From assembly GCA_003661385.1 (NCBI GenBank), contig QMWA01000003.1, forward strand, positions 1-37,213: a stretch of 37,213 nucleotides of DNA, in the 5' to 3' direction. The notes under the pieces were generated by a model that did no database searches, was not told where the DNA came from, and was given only the letters and a program-made list of their open reading frames with translations. Made by a program: the position numbers and the translations under genes. This document shows positions 18,717 to 28,086 of the stretch, piece after piece (the stretch's first letter is position 1; every line of letters begins with the position of its first letter). This DNA comes from Thermoproteota archaeon (lineage in GTDB: Archaea; Korarchaeota; Korarchaeia; B14-G2).

Positions 18717-19849
18717 CTTGAAAAGATCCTAACAAGCTCACTAGCTGGGGCATCTGTCTTGACACCCTTGGGCGTAAAGTGAGTTCTTCCAGCCCTATAC
18801 CCAAGTTCCCTAAGCTTTTCAACTACATCCTCTACCCTAGCAGATGGTAAGTGAAGCCTAGACGATATCTCATCGAGGTCATAGTATCCAACACAGCTTA
18901 TCTCGATATCGTTCAATAGTCTTGATAGGATTCTCTTGAGCGGCTTTCTGCTAGCTAGCTCGGTATACTCTAGCTTATCTAGCATGTTCCTGCATATGCT
19001 TTCTGTACCTAAGCTACCAGCCCACATGGGGCCTATCATCTCTCTCTTGTGGCTGCAAGCATCCTTGCTCCCGGAGAAGTCCAGGCACTCCTCACAGAAG
19101 TAAAGCACTTTAACATGCTTTATGACCGTGTCCTCTGCTTTCCTGGCCCCCCTAACCAGTTTTGCAAACACCCTGAAGTAGTTGTATTCGAAGTATGATG
19201 CAAGTACTTCAAGACCATATCCTAGCTTAGCTGCCTGCCTTGCCATGTACCCTATCAGAAGCCTAAGTCCCACTTCATGCCCACATGGAAGAGCCTTAAC
19301 GTGTACGCCATAGGTGCGAAATGCCTTCCAGCTGTGTCTCCCGTATAGGACAGCTGTGTCCGTTGCAGTACACCCCACGACTCCCTCCTTGCCGACAGCT
19401 CTTATCCCGCCGTCTAGGAATGGCGCTGGAGAGCCAAAGGGATCTATGTCAACATAATCAAAGAAGTCTCCCCACTGGGCTATTACCTGAGCTAAGATGT
19501 TTGCATCGCAGTTTTCTACCCTCAGTCTATCTGCCACCTTATTCATGACTATGTTCTTCAGCATTACTCTATAAGCTAGCTTATTCCTGTCATTTAGCAC
19601 TCCGCTGACAGAGACATTACTTTCTAAAGTTACTCTTATTCCACGGACCCCCGTACCGGCGAGCAAGTCAAGGATCCTAAACCCCTTGCTAAAGGCTGTA
19701 GACGTGAAGAGAACCGTGAAATCTCTGTTGAGAACCATTCTCGGGTTATAGAAGACCTCTGCCTTGGTATAGGGCTTCCCAGTCCTTGCTAGCTGCTCTA
19801 AGTCAGGTCCCAGTATCCTAGCTCTCCCCTCTCTAATTACCTTAAGCAT
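18713..19849 (-). CDS. trm1: tRNA (guanine26-N2)-dimethyltransferase Trm1
   Basis: VFYNPRM..NRD, LAGTGVRGIR, DIDPFGSPAPF, TATD, E.GLR.L, GPMWAG, RTHF.PKG.KTDA. Confidence 0.96.
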   Translation of the reverse strand: MLKVIREGRARILGPDLEQLARTGKPYTKAEVFYNPRMVLNRDFTVLFTSTAFSKGFRILDLLAGTGVRGIRVTLESNVSVSGVLNDRNKLAYRVMLKNIVMNKVADRLRVENCDANILAQVIAQWGDFFDYVDIDPFGSPAPFLDGGIRAVGKEGVVGCTATDTAVLYGRHSWKAFRTYGVHVKALPCGHEVGLRLLIGYMARQAAKLGYGLEVLASYFEYNYFRVFAKLVRGARKAEDTVIKHVKVLYFCEECLDFSGSKDACSHKREMIGPMWAGSLGTESICRNMLDKLEYTELASRKPLKRILSRLLNDIEISCVGYYDLDEISSRLHLPSARVEDVVEKLRELGYRAGRTHFTPKGVKTDAPASELVRIFSS

Positions 19850-19876
19850 AAATCTCCCCCTTATAGTAAATAGTAC

Positions 19877-20443
19877 ATGAGCACAACTAGGGTAAAGAAT
19901 TTCTTGATCACAGGCCCTCCTGGCTCAGGAAAATCCACCTTAATATCATGTGTAGTGAGTGAGCTCACTGAGAGGGGGGTTAAGGTAGGTGGTGTGGTCA
20001 CACCGGAGCTGAGAAAGCATGGACGCAGAGTGGCTTTCCTGATGCGTGACCTCCTTACAGGAGAGGAAGTGGTCATAGCATCTGTTAGCTTAGGGAAGCC
20101 TGGCCCAAGGGTCTCAAAGTACAGAGTAGACGTAGAAGCCATTGACAGAGTAGGTGCTAAAGCTATTCAGCTTGCCATAAAGCTGGCTGACGTGATTGTG
20201 ATAGATGAAGTAGGGAAAATGGAGCTTTTTTCTCGGAACTTCTCTCAACAGGTGGTTGCTGCACTAGAATCCAACAAGCCTGTGCTTGCTACAATCCCCC
20301 TAAAGTCGCGTATACCTCTAATCGAGGAGATCCGCATGAGGAAGGATTCAGAGGTCATTTTAACTCAGCGTGCTCGGATCCAAGTGCTCTGCAGAGAACT
20401 AAGCACAAGGATACTCCACATCATAAGGGGTGATCGAGGATGA
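19877..20443 (+). CDS. nucleoside-triphosphatase, THEP1/NTPase_1 family
   Basis: ITGPPGSGKST Walker A, VGG..TPE.R, P.VSKYRV, VIVIDEVGKMEL. Confidence 0.92.
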   Translation: MSTTRVKNFLITGPPGSGKSTLISCVVSELTERGVKVGGVVTPELRKHGRRVAFLMRDLLTGEEVVIASVSLGKPGPRVSKYRVDVEAIDRVGAKAIQLAIKLADVIVIDEVGKMELFSRNFSQQVVAALESNKPVLATIPLKSRIPLIEEIRMRKDSEVILTQRARIQVLCRELSTRILHIIRGDRG

Positions 20444-21096
20444 GGATACTAGGGGTAGATGAAGCTGGAAGAGGCGCTGTTCTTGGCCCACTAGTGGTAG
20501 CTGGCGTGCTCCTTGACTCATCAAATGTCAGTAAGCTAGCCGAAATAGGAGTAAAAGACTCCAAGAAGCTTTCTCCCTCCAGGAGAGAGGAGCTGAGCGC
20601 CGAAATACTAGAGGTAGCAGAATATGTAGTAGTCCTACAGGCTCCATCTCAGACATTAGACTGTGAGATGAGCCTGTACTCCCTAAATGTGCTTGAAGCT
20701 AAGCTCTTTGCGATGATAATAGATGCCTTAAAGCCTGACAGTGTTATCGTGGACTCTCCAGATGAAAACGTGGAGAGGTTCGCTAGCTACATCCACCAGT
20801 TTTCGCTCTGCAAGCCCTCTATCACGGCGGAGACCAAGGCAGATGAGAAGTATCTCCCAGTGAGTGCTGCATCCATCATAGCAAAAGTTGCCAGGGATAA
20901 GATAATCCAGAGGCTATCTGCAAGATATGGTGAGGTGGGCTCAGGCTATTCAAGTGATCCAGTGACTAGAAGCTTCCTCAGGAGGTGGATTGAGGAGAAT
21001 AGAGACCTTCCACCAATAGCTAGAAGGAAGTGGAAGACTTCCCAGGACATGCTTGCCAGTGTGAGGCAGGGTAGACTAGAGTTCAGCGACCACTAG
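20440..21096 (+). CDS. rnhB: ribonuclease HII
   Basis: GVDEAGRG, GVKDSKKL, KAD..Y..VSAASIIAKV.RD, GSGY.SDP.T. Confidence 0.96.
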   Translation: MRILGVDEAGRGAVLGPLVVAGVLLDSSNVSKLAEIGVKDSKKLSPSRREELSAEILEVAEYVVVLQAPSQTLDCEMSLYSLNVLEAKLFAMIIDALKPDSVIVDSPDENVERFASYIHQFSLCKPSITAETKADEKYLPVSAASIIAKVARDKIIQRLSARYGEVGSGYSSDPVTRSFLRRWIEENRDLPPIARRKWKTSQDMLASVRQGRLEFSDH

Positions 21097-21765
21097 TGCA
21101 TGCTTCCTCTCATATGGCTCCAGTCTGACTATTTGCTTCAGCTTGAATCCAGCTTCCTCCAGGATCTCAACTTCACGGCTGAAAACCTCGTCAGGAGGCT
21201 TAGTTGCATCAATGCTGCTGGCTTTGATCGCCAGCATCACATGCCCTTTATCCTTTAAGAATACAGCGTTGTCTACTATTATCTGAGCTTGGAAAGGCTG
21301 AGCCACATCAGCATAAACGACATCCACCTGCTCAAGGTACATGGAGTACTCATCAGGTTTTCTGGCATCGCCCATTATCGGGACGATGTTCCTCCTAGTC
21401 TCACATACCTTAATCAGCTCTCTTAAAGGTCTATCAGAGATCTCTATCCCATATATAACCCCCGAAGGGCCTATTATGTCGCTGAAATGAGATGCTGTTG
21501 TACCTGAAGCTATCCCGAGATACAGCACCCTGCTTCCGCTCCTGATAGGGAATATTTTGAGCCCATTCACTATTGCTGCCGCTGGTTTTGATCTAAGTGG
21601 GCTCCATATCCTATACTCCCTGCCCTCGTGCTCCACTATCTGCTCATTATAACTCCTGAAGCCTGGTACTAGGTTTTTTGTCGCGAGCTTTCTCTTCTCC
21701 TCCTCTAAAACCCAGTATATGCCTTTAAACCTTTCATGTTCGACGACTTTTGCCACGCCTACCAC
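21076..21765 (-). CDS. flpA: fibrillarin (box C/D 2'-O-methyltransferase)
   Basis: EYRIW.P.RSK, VLYLGIASGTT.SH.SDI, DVAQP.QA, KA.SID.T, LEPYERKH. Confidence 0.97.
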   Translation of the reverse strand: MVGVAKVVEHERFKGIYWVLEEEKRKLATKNLVPGFRSYNEQIVEHEGREYRIWSPLRSKPAAAIVNGLKIFPIRSGSRVLYLGIASGTTASHFSDIIGPSGVIYGIEISDRPLRELIKVCETRRNIVPIMGDARKPDEYSMYLEQVDVVYADVAQPFQAQIIVDNAVFLKDKGHVMLAIKASSIDATKPPDEVFSREVEILEEAGFKLKQIVRLEPYERKHALVVAEL

Positions 21766-22936
21766 CTCTCCTAGCGGCTCTAGCTGCTCTCTTCTGAGCC
21801 TTATACTCCTCTTTTATCCTATTTATTCTCTCCCTAAGCTCACTTAATAGCTCATCTCCTATGTACTCTCCCCCATAGTAATCCACTCTAGCTGCTATTG
21901 CTAGCTTAGCTGCCAGAGACCTCGCTATCTTGCCCCTTATCTTTGGGGGAGAAGACATCACGTCCTTTACTCTGAAGATCACGCCATGCTTCGGCGGCTT
22001 CCCCCTACCTGAAAGGTACCTGAATAAGGCCTTTGAGGCTCCTAGAACCTGTATAGTGCTTGCAGGAAGCTTTGCAAGCCTGTCTAGCCCACCAGCAAGC
22101 GATATAAGCCTTGCAGCAACCACTGGACCAGCTAGCGTAGAGGTATTTGGAGCTATCTCCTTAACGGTTTCATTGATGTATTGCTCAAGTGCTCCCCGAT
22201 ACCCTCTAATGGCCTGCCATAGTCTAGCAAGCTCTATGACAGGCTCTAGATCCTCCTCGTGTATATCAGGACCCATAGACTCCTTTGCAAGCTTCTCTAT
22301 CTCTCTAGCCCTGCTCCTATCGAAGCCTAGGCTCATGATGGCTTTCACGTTATATGAGCTTCTCCTCTTCAGGAATGCAACCAGCTTAACATACCCGGGA
22401 TGCGATGGCACAGCTCGGCTTAGTTCCGGGAAGTAGAGCGAGTACCACTCTCTAAGCTGGTTGACGATGGCATTCTCTATGTTAAGTAGAGAGTCTAGGA
22501 CATGAACTGCCTTCACTATCAGCTTATCTCGTGAAAGCAGCTCTTTAGATATTTGCATCCTGGACTCCAGCACAGCTACCGTTGAGACGAACTCCACAAG
22601 CCTACGTCTATCCCTATCCACACCAAATACCTTAGCTAGCTCAACTAAGTCCTTTCTAAGAACTCTAGCTGCTCTATCATCAATCTTAACCTGGACCCCT
22701 CCTGCTTCCCTGATAGCTGAGGCAAGCACCCTGCTATCGACTGTAATAGCCCTAATCCCCATCTTTCTAAGCTTGCGCAGTACCGTAGTCAGCTTATCTG
22801 TTATAACCCCTCTTCTAAGAGAGAAGATCTCCTCCGCAACTCTGTGAGCATCTTCTGGCAACCTCTCCAAGAGAAGTACTTTACCATCTGAGGCAGCTAA
22901 ATACCCAAAGGGGGTGAGGGTGAGGGTTGCCTCCAT
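21734..22936 (-). CDS. nop5: box C/D RNP scaffold Nop5 (Nop56/58)
   Basis: LREWY..YFPEL, APN...LAGP..AARLI..AGGL, PASTIQVLGA.KALF, PPKHGVIF, RGKIAR.LAAKLAIAARVD. Confidence 0.97.
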   Translation of the reverse strand: MEATLTLTPFGYLAASDGKVLLLERLPEDAHRVAEEIFSLRRGVITDKLTTVLRKLRKMGIRAITVDSRVLASAIREAGGVQVKIDDRAARVLRKDLVELAKVFGVDRDRRRLVEFVSTVAVLESRMQISKELLSRDKLIVKAVHVLDSLLNIENAIVNQLREWYSLYFPELSRAVPSHPGYVKLVAFLKRRSSYNVKAIMSLGFDRSRAREIEKLAKESMGPDIHEEDLEPVIELARLWQAIRGYRGALEQYINETVKEIAPNTSTLAGPVVAARLISLAGGLDRLAKLPASTIQVLGASKALFRYLSGRGKPPKHGVIFRVKDVMSSPPKIRGKIARSLAAKLAIAARVDYYGGEYIGDELLSELRERINRIKEEYKAQKRAARAARRGGRRGKSRRT

Positions 22937-22954
22937 CTAAAATCACATTAAAAC

Positions 22955-23140
22955 TTAGCGTCTAGGTGGTACATGGACTGCCTGACCTACAGGCAAGTTA
23001 TGCTCTATTCTCCTGTGTACTGCCTTCCTCAACCGCATCCTAGGACATAGGGCCTTCCTTTGCTTCTTTGGCGGCCTGCTCTTATAAGTCAGCTCCCTAA
23101 CATATCCTGCTTTATTAAGCGAGCCATGTGTTCCTGGCAT
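22955..23140 (-). CDS. rps30e: 30S ribosomal protein eS30
   Basis: THGSLNKAGYVR..T signature, short and basic, upstream of nop5. Confidence 0.9.
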   Translation of the reverse strand: MPGTHGSLNKAGYVRELTYKSRPPKKQRKALCPRMRLRKAVHRRIEHNLPVGQAVHVPPRR

Positions 23141-23175
23141 AACCTACACCTCCTACACTGTATCCAGCTCCACTG

Positions 23176-23190
23176 TATATAAAAGCTTCC
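23176..23190 (-). promoter_or_regulatory. TATA box for rps30e-nop5-flpA (possibly shared with elp3)
   Basis: Minus strand reads GGAAGC-TTTTATATA inside the 84-bp divergent gap. Confidence 0.55.
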
Positions 23191-23224
23191 CTAAGCAATT
23201 ACTCCCAGGCAGTAGGCGTCTGCC

Positions 23225-24679
23225 ATGATGGAGATGGCAAAGGCATACTCACACCTTGCATATATCCAGGACAGCATACCTAAGCCACGTAAAAAGCCTA
23301 GTAGAAGTGCTTCTGGAGTAGTAGTGGTTGCAGTCATGTGTAAGCCCATGAAGTGCCCTAAAAGTGAGCCCTGTATATTCTGTCCAGGTGGACCTGGCTC
23401 CGTGTTCGGTGATACTCCTCAGTCGTATACAGGTCTCGAGCCTGCTGCTAGGCGTGCAGCCCAAGCAGGTTTTGATCCACGCGCTCAAGTTGCCCACAGG
23501 ATAAGACAGCTAGAGGAAATAGGCCATGTCCCAAGCAAGATAGAGCTCATAGTAATGGGAGGAACCTTCCTAGGTGCACCAAAAGAGTACAGAGAATGGT
23601 TTATAAAAGAGTGCTATGATGCCGTAAGCGGGTCTTCTTCACGTACCCTCAGAGAGGCAATCTTAAGGGGAGAGCATTCCTCAAGAAGGATAGTTGCGCT
23701 TACAATAGAAACACGTCCAGATTACTGCAGAGAGTCTCACGTAGATGAGATGCTGAGATATGGGTGTACTAGAGTAGAGATAGGTGCCCAAGCTCTGAGA
23801 GACGATCTGCTTGAAGCTACCAAAAGAGGCCATAGCAGACAGGACATAGTCGATGCCATAAGAGTCGCAAAAGATGCAGGCCTTAAGGTAGTGCTGCACA
23901 TGATGCCTGGCTTACCTGGGAGTACCCCCAGAGATGACTTCAAGGACTTCATGGAACTCTTTGAAAACCCGGAACTAAGGCCAGATGGCCTAAAAATATA
24001 TCCCACACTTGTCCTAAAGGGGACCAAGCTATACGAGATGTGGGAGAGAGGAGAGTACCAGCCGTATACCCTCGAAGAGCATGTTAACCTGCTAGCCCAA
24101 GTCAAGGCTATCATCCCAAGATACGTCAGGATCTACCGTATACAAAGAGATATCCCATCGAATCTTATTGTAGATGGGGTGAAAAAGAGCAATTTGAGGC
24201 AAATAGTGCAGGAATACATGGGAAAACTAGGCTTAAGGTGCATGTGCATTAGATGCCGTGAAGTAGGCCGAGTGAGTTCTCCCCCTCATCCTAGCCTGCT
24301 AGAGCTGAAGGTCATGGAGTATGAGGCATCTGGTGGAATAGAGATGTTCCTAGAGGTCACCGGCCCAGAAGACCAGCTAGTGGGGTTCCTAAGATTGAGG
24401 GTTCCATCTGATAAGGCGCATAGGTCAGAGCTTTCCCAGGGTGATATTGCTGTAGTCCGTGAGCTAAGAGTCTATGGTACGCAGATCCCAATAGGCCATG
24501 TTGGAGGCTGGCAGCATAGAGGCGTTGGCCTGTGGCTTATGAGAGAAGCTGAGCGAATAGTCAGAGATGAGCTCTTGATGAGGAAGCTAGCTGTCACAGC
24601 TGGAGTAGGTGCAAGAGAGTACTTTGCAAAGCTAGGCTACAGGAAGAAAGGTCCTTATATGGTTAAGCTTCTAAGGTAA
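23225..24679 (+). CDS. elp3: Elp3, tRNA U34 carboxymethyltransferase (radical SAM plus KAT domain)
   Basis: SGVVVVAVM, C-x5-C-x2-CPGG, PQSYTG.EPA, ETRPD, LKIYPTLV, RIQRDIP, CIRCREVG, RELRVYG, QHRG.G. Confidence 0.96.
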   Translation: MMEMAKAYSHLAYIQDSIPKPRKKPSRSASGVVVVAVMCKPMKCPKSEPCIFCPGGPGSVFGDTPQSYTGLEPAARRAAQAGFDPRAQVAHRIRQLEEIGHVPSKIELIVMGGTFLGAPKEYREWFIKECYDAVSGSSSRTLREAILRGEHSSRRIVALTIETRPDYCRESHVDEMLRYGCTRVEIGAQALRDDLLEATKRGHSRQDIVDAIRVAKDAGLKVVLHMMPGLPGSTPRDDFKDFMELFENPELRPDGLKIYPTLVLKGTKLYEMWERGEYQPYTLEEHVNLLAQVKAIIPRYVRIYRIQRDIPSNLIVDGVKKSNLRQIVQEYMGKLGLRCMCIRCREVGRVSSPPHPSLLELKVMEYEASGGIEMFLEVTGPEDQLVGFLRLRVPSDKAHRSELSQGDIAVVRELRVYGTQIPIGHVGGWQHRGVGLWLMREAERIVRDELLMRKLAVTAGVGAREYFAKLGYRKKGPYMVKLLR

Positions 24680-26648
24680 GTTTCCTCCTGTACTCTGATA
24701 CTATCTCGATGAGAAGTTCCTCAGGGCTTCTCCTCTTGTTTCTCCCTTCAATAGACTCCATTATGGTTTTCATGTCATTACTATCTAAAAATGCTAGATG
24801 CCCCCTTACTACACCTATCTCCTTCCCTGTCTCACAGACACGTATCCCCCTCTGGGTCAGTGGAGCTAGGCTGTAGCTTGGTGGCATGTTTCTGAAGAAG
24901 ACCACCACCAGCGGGTGGTAGTCAGCAAGCATGCACACTGCTAGCTTCCCAGCCCCAGCTCCATCTCCAATACATATTATATCGCCTTCTGACAGCCCTA
25001 CAGCCCCAATAAGCTCTACCAGATGTCTTCTAGTCAGCTTGGAGATGTACTTAGCTAGGTACACGCGTCGCCTACTAAGTTCCAGCTGTACTTTCCTTTC
25101 TTCCTCAACTTGCTTCTCAAGCTGCGCTACTCTAGCCTGAAGGAGAGTGACTTTCTGCTGATACCTCCTCAGCAGCCCTTTCAGCTTTTTTATCTCGATG
25201 TCCTTCTCGACTTCGCTCTTAAATCCATATATCTTCTCCCTAAGCTGGGTGTTTTCCTCCTTAAGCCTCTGTATCTCGGCTTCAAGCAGCCTAATTATCC
25301 TCCTCATGTCCTCAACTTCCTTTCTCAGCTTTCTAGCTTCTCCAGTGTCACGTGTCTTCCTCTCGTGTTCTTCGACCGGAGTAGGAAGCTCCATGGCACT
25401 GGGCACCCTAGTCCACTCGCTTATTATGGAATCCACAGACTTCCCTTGAATGACTCCTGCTCTGATGATATCAGCAGGTATAGAGGCGCCTACTTCCCTA
25501 GCGCGAGCTTCAGCCTTCTCAAATACAGGAGAATAGTGGTCTAGAGCCTTGACGACTGCAGCCAGGGCATCTCTTTCGTGTGTGTTGCGTGGCTTATAGC
25601 TAAGCATCTCCTTGCTTAAGGCTTTCTCACAGATTTCAGCCTTCTCTCTTGTTGTTAAAGGCCTATCTGGCTTAAATACCTTCACTCCAAACGCTGACGC
25701 AAGCTTTAGCACGTTGCCGGGCGGATTTGGCACGTCAACGGCAAAGAGCACAGGCTCCCCTACGCTCATTATCCTTTGAAGTATGTCTGTTCTGGAGGCA
25801 TGCTTGTAGCTTTCTAATATGAGAATCTCCCCTGTGAGAGTCGATACACAGAGACCAGTAGTCATCCCTGCATCTACACCGACTACAACTGGCCTCTTAC
25901 ATGCAGCAGCATCGTCCTCTTCCTGCAGTGGCCTTATTACTAGCTCTCTTGTAAAGGGCCTGTAGACCTCTATGCTGACTCCATCGGTTGCATACAGCTT
26001 TGGGATCCTAAGCAAGAAGTTGTCTGTTGAGTAGACGTTTATCACCGCGCTCCTAAGCCCTCCCTTTGCCCTCCTGTAGTAGGCATCAAAGTCATATCCT
26101 TTCTCGCTCAGAACTGAGACTATCTCCCTAACTACGCTCTGACATATCGCAGCAAGCCTCCTGCCCCACCTAGCTGAGCTAGACCCACCAGGCTTAGAGC
26201 TTCTACACCTTGCAACCTTGATCCTGGTATAGCCAAGCCTAGCATCTATCACTCCGCCGACACCAAGTAAAGCCAGCTTTGCAACGGCTATAGCTGCCTC
26301 CTCAGGAGAAGGCTTCTGTGGAAGCTGTATCCCATACTCTGCTGCAACTCTCTTCAGCTGCCTAAAACCATGCCTTTTGCTCCACGTTGGGCACACAAGC
26401 CTAGTCCCGTACGGAAGGTCTCTGAGGAAGTTCAGCAGGTCTCTAGAATCTGCTGCTAGCTCATACGGGTTGTCGACGGCTAAATAGCTGGCTTTTCTCT
26501 TTTTAGCAAGCTGAAGAACCTCCCTTATCTTCACGCTGCGCAGTATGCCCTCCACTCTGCTATCTCTCAGGACTGCAACAGCATATCTCCCGCCTTCAGG
26601 CGATCTTGGGCTGGTGCCTGGTTCTATGTCAATGCCTATAACTAGCAA
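24663..26648 (-). CDS. DUF460 family protein (RNase H-like folds plus coiled coil)
   Basis: VIGIDIEPG, LAVDN.YEL, RSSKPGGSS..R, VVGVDAG.TTG, N.HERDALAA, long heptad region. Confidence 0.85.
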   Translation of the reverse strand: MLVIGIDIEPGTSPRSPEGGRYAVAVLRDSRVEGILRSVKIREVLQLAKKRKASYLAVDNPYELAADSRDLLNFLRDLPYGTRLVCPTWSKRHGFRQLKRVAAEYGIQLPQKPSPEEAAIAVAKLALLGVGGVIDARLGYTRIKVARCRSSKPGGSSSARWGRRLAAICQSVVREIVSVLSEKGYDFDAYYRRAKGGLRSAVINVYSTDNFLLRIPKLYATDGVSIEVYRPFTRELVIRPLQEEDDAAACKRPVVVGVDAGMTTGLCVSTLTGEILILESYKHASRTDILQRIMSVGEPVLFAVDVPNPPGNVLKLASAFGVKVFKPDRPLTTREKAEICEKALSKEMLSYKPRNTHERDALAAVVKALDHYSPVFEKAEARAREVGASIPADIIRAGVIQGKSVDSIISEWTRVPSAMELPTPVEEHERKTRDTGEARKLRKEVEDMRRIIRLLEAEIQRLKEENTQLREKIYGFKSEVEKDIEIKKLKGLLRRYQQKVTLLQARVAQLEKQVEEERKVQLELSRRRVYLAKYISKLTRRHLVELIGAVGLSEGDIICIGDGAGAGKLAVCMLADYHPLVVVFFRNMPPSYSLAPLTQRGIRVCETGKEIGVVRGHLAFLDSNDMKTIMESIEGRNKRRSPEELLIEIVSEYRRKLTLEA

Positions 26649-26676
26649 GTAAGCACCCTAAGTGGGGCTTGCCTAA

Positions 26677-28086
26677 ATGCTTGTCCAAAGCATCTTAAAG
26701 AAAAAGGTTGTGATACTACTTATAGCGTTAGCCATACCACCAGAAGTCCCCTATCAGCCTTTAGGTCAGCAGCTTATTGAGGTCACAGCTCTCTTGGAGT
26801 CCCCAATATACATAGGGCTACAGTTTAATGCAACAATCACTGTGACAAGCCGTTACCATGGGGAAGTTCGGCTGCTGGCTGTTGGAATATCCTTCACATG
26901 GAGTACATTTGAAGTCTCAGCTAGAGGCCTTTCCATCGAGGAAAACCAGACTACAACTATATTCATAATTGGAGCTGTTCCAGAGCACGTGAAGCCAGGG
27001 ATGTACCGATTCAGAGCATATGTGAAGGCAGCAGTTCTAGAGGACATGCGCTGGAGGACCATAGTAGCTGAATCGAAGCTTTATCAAGTAAGAATAAAGA
27101 AAATTGAAGGAGAAATACTAGTAGATATACTAGATGTTGAACACAGCCTCCCTGAGTCGCAGGAAGCTTGTATTGCGCTCACTCTTATAAACACCGGAAT
27201 AGAACCCAAGCTGCCATGTTTGCTCCTATTATATGCGAATAACACTGAATTACATAGAGAAAATCTTACCTGGCTTTCTCCAGGTAAAGAATTCATGCTA
27301 AACATATCTGTGACATTGCCCTACGTACCTGCAGGAGTCATAGATATAACTGCCATCTTAAACTATAGTATCGGCATAGCTACGGACACCTTCAGAGTCC
27401 GCATAGAGCCAGAGAGGAAAGGGGAGTTTAATGCAACACTAGCGCTTTTAGTCATATCAGAAGCCAACAGGACATACAATCTCGCGTTCTCAGCCTACAT
27501 TAAGCTAATTCAGGACAACCTCTCAGCAGTAGGTGCGGATCTGCTTTTAACAGAGGCATCAAGTATGCTAATCAAGGCAATAAGCTTGTTTAATGAGATG
27601 AACAGCACAGCGATTTTCTATGCAAATAAGAGCATAGCCTACTCCAGGGATGCAACTCTACTTGTACTACTCAGATATATCAATGTAACTGAGCAGATCA
27701 TAGAGAGGGCAGAGAGGAAAGTCAAGACGTATAGGATGCTCGGAGTGAGAGGTGAGAAAATGGAGAGGGCACAAGCTAAGGTTGAAGAGCTGAAGGGAGA
27801 GCTAAGCAAGATGAGAGGGTATGCGCTAATTGACATGGATGTAGACAAAACTAGAAGAAGCTACCAAAAAGTGCTTACTGAAGTAGATGAAGTGGATAAG
27901 TTCATCGACGAAGCTAAAGCTGAGCACATAGAGACAAGAGCCAGAAGCATGACTTACATACTAGCTCAGGTAATCCTCTCTATTATAATCCTGGTCTACA
28001 TAGGGAACAGAATGAGGCTGCTAGTAGTTCGGCTGCTATTCAGAGTAGCCACTAAAAAAGTGAGGGGGGTAGAGCTACTTTGCTAG
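26677..28086 (+). CDS. hypothetical secreted, C-terminally anchored surface glycoprotein
   Basis: KKK plus hydrophobic signal-like N-terminus, beta-rich first half, helical second half, TM segment (YILAQVILSIIILVYIG), basic tail, 12 N-x-S/T sequons. Confidence 0.75.
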   Translation: MLVQSILKKKVVILLIALAIPPEVPYQPLGQQLIEVTALLESPIYIGLQFNATITVTSRYHGEVRLLAVGISFTWSTFEVSARGLSIEENQTTTIFIIGAVPEHVKPGMYRFRAYVKAAVLEDMRWRTIVAESKLYQVRIKKIEGEILVDILDVEHSLPESQEACIALTLINTGIEPKLPCLLLLYANNTELHRENLTWLSPGKEFMLNISVTLPYVPAGVIDITAILNYSIGIATDTFRVRIEPERKGEFNATLALLVISEANRTYNLAFSAYIKLIQDNLSAVGADLLLTEASSMLIKAISLFNEMNSTAIFYANKSIAYSRDATLLVLLRYINVTEQIIERAERKVKTYRMLGVRGEKMERAQAKVEELKGELSKMRGYALIDMDVDKTRRSYQKVLTEVDEVDKFIDEAKAEHIETRARSMTYILAQVILSIIILVYIGNRMRLLVVRLLFRVATKKVRGVELLC

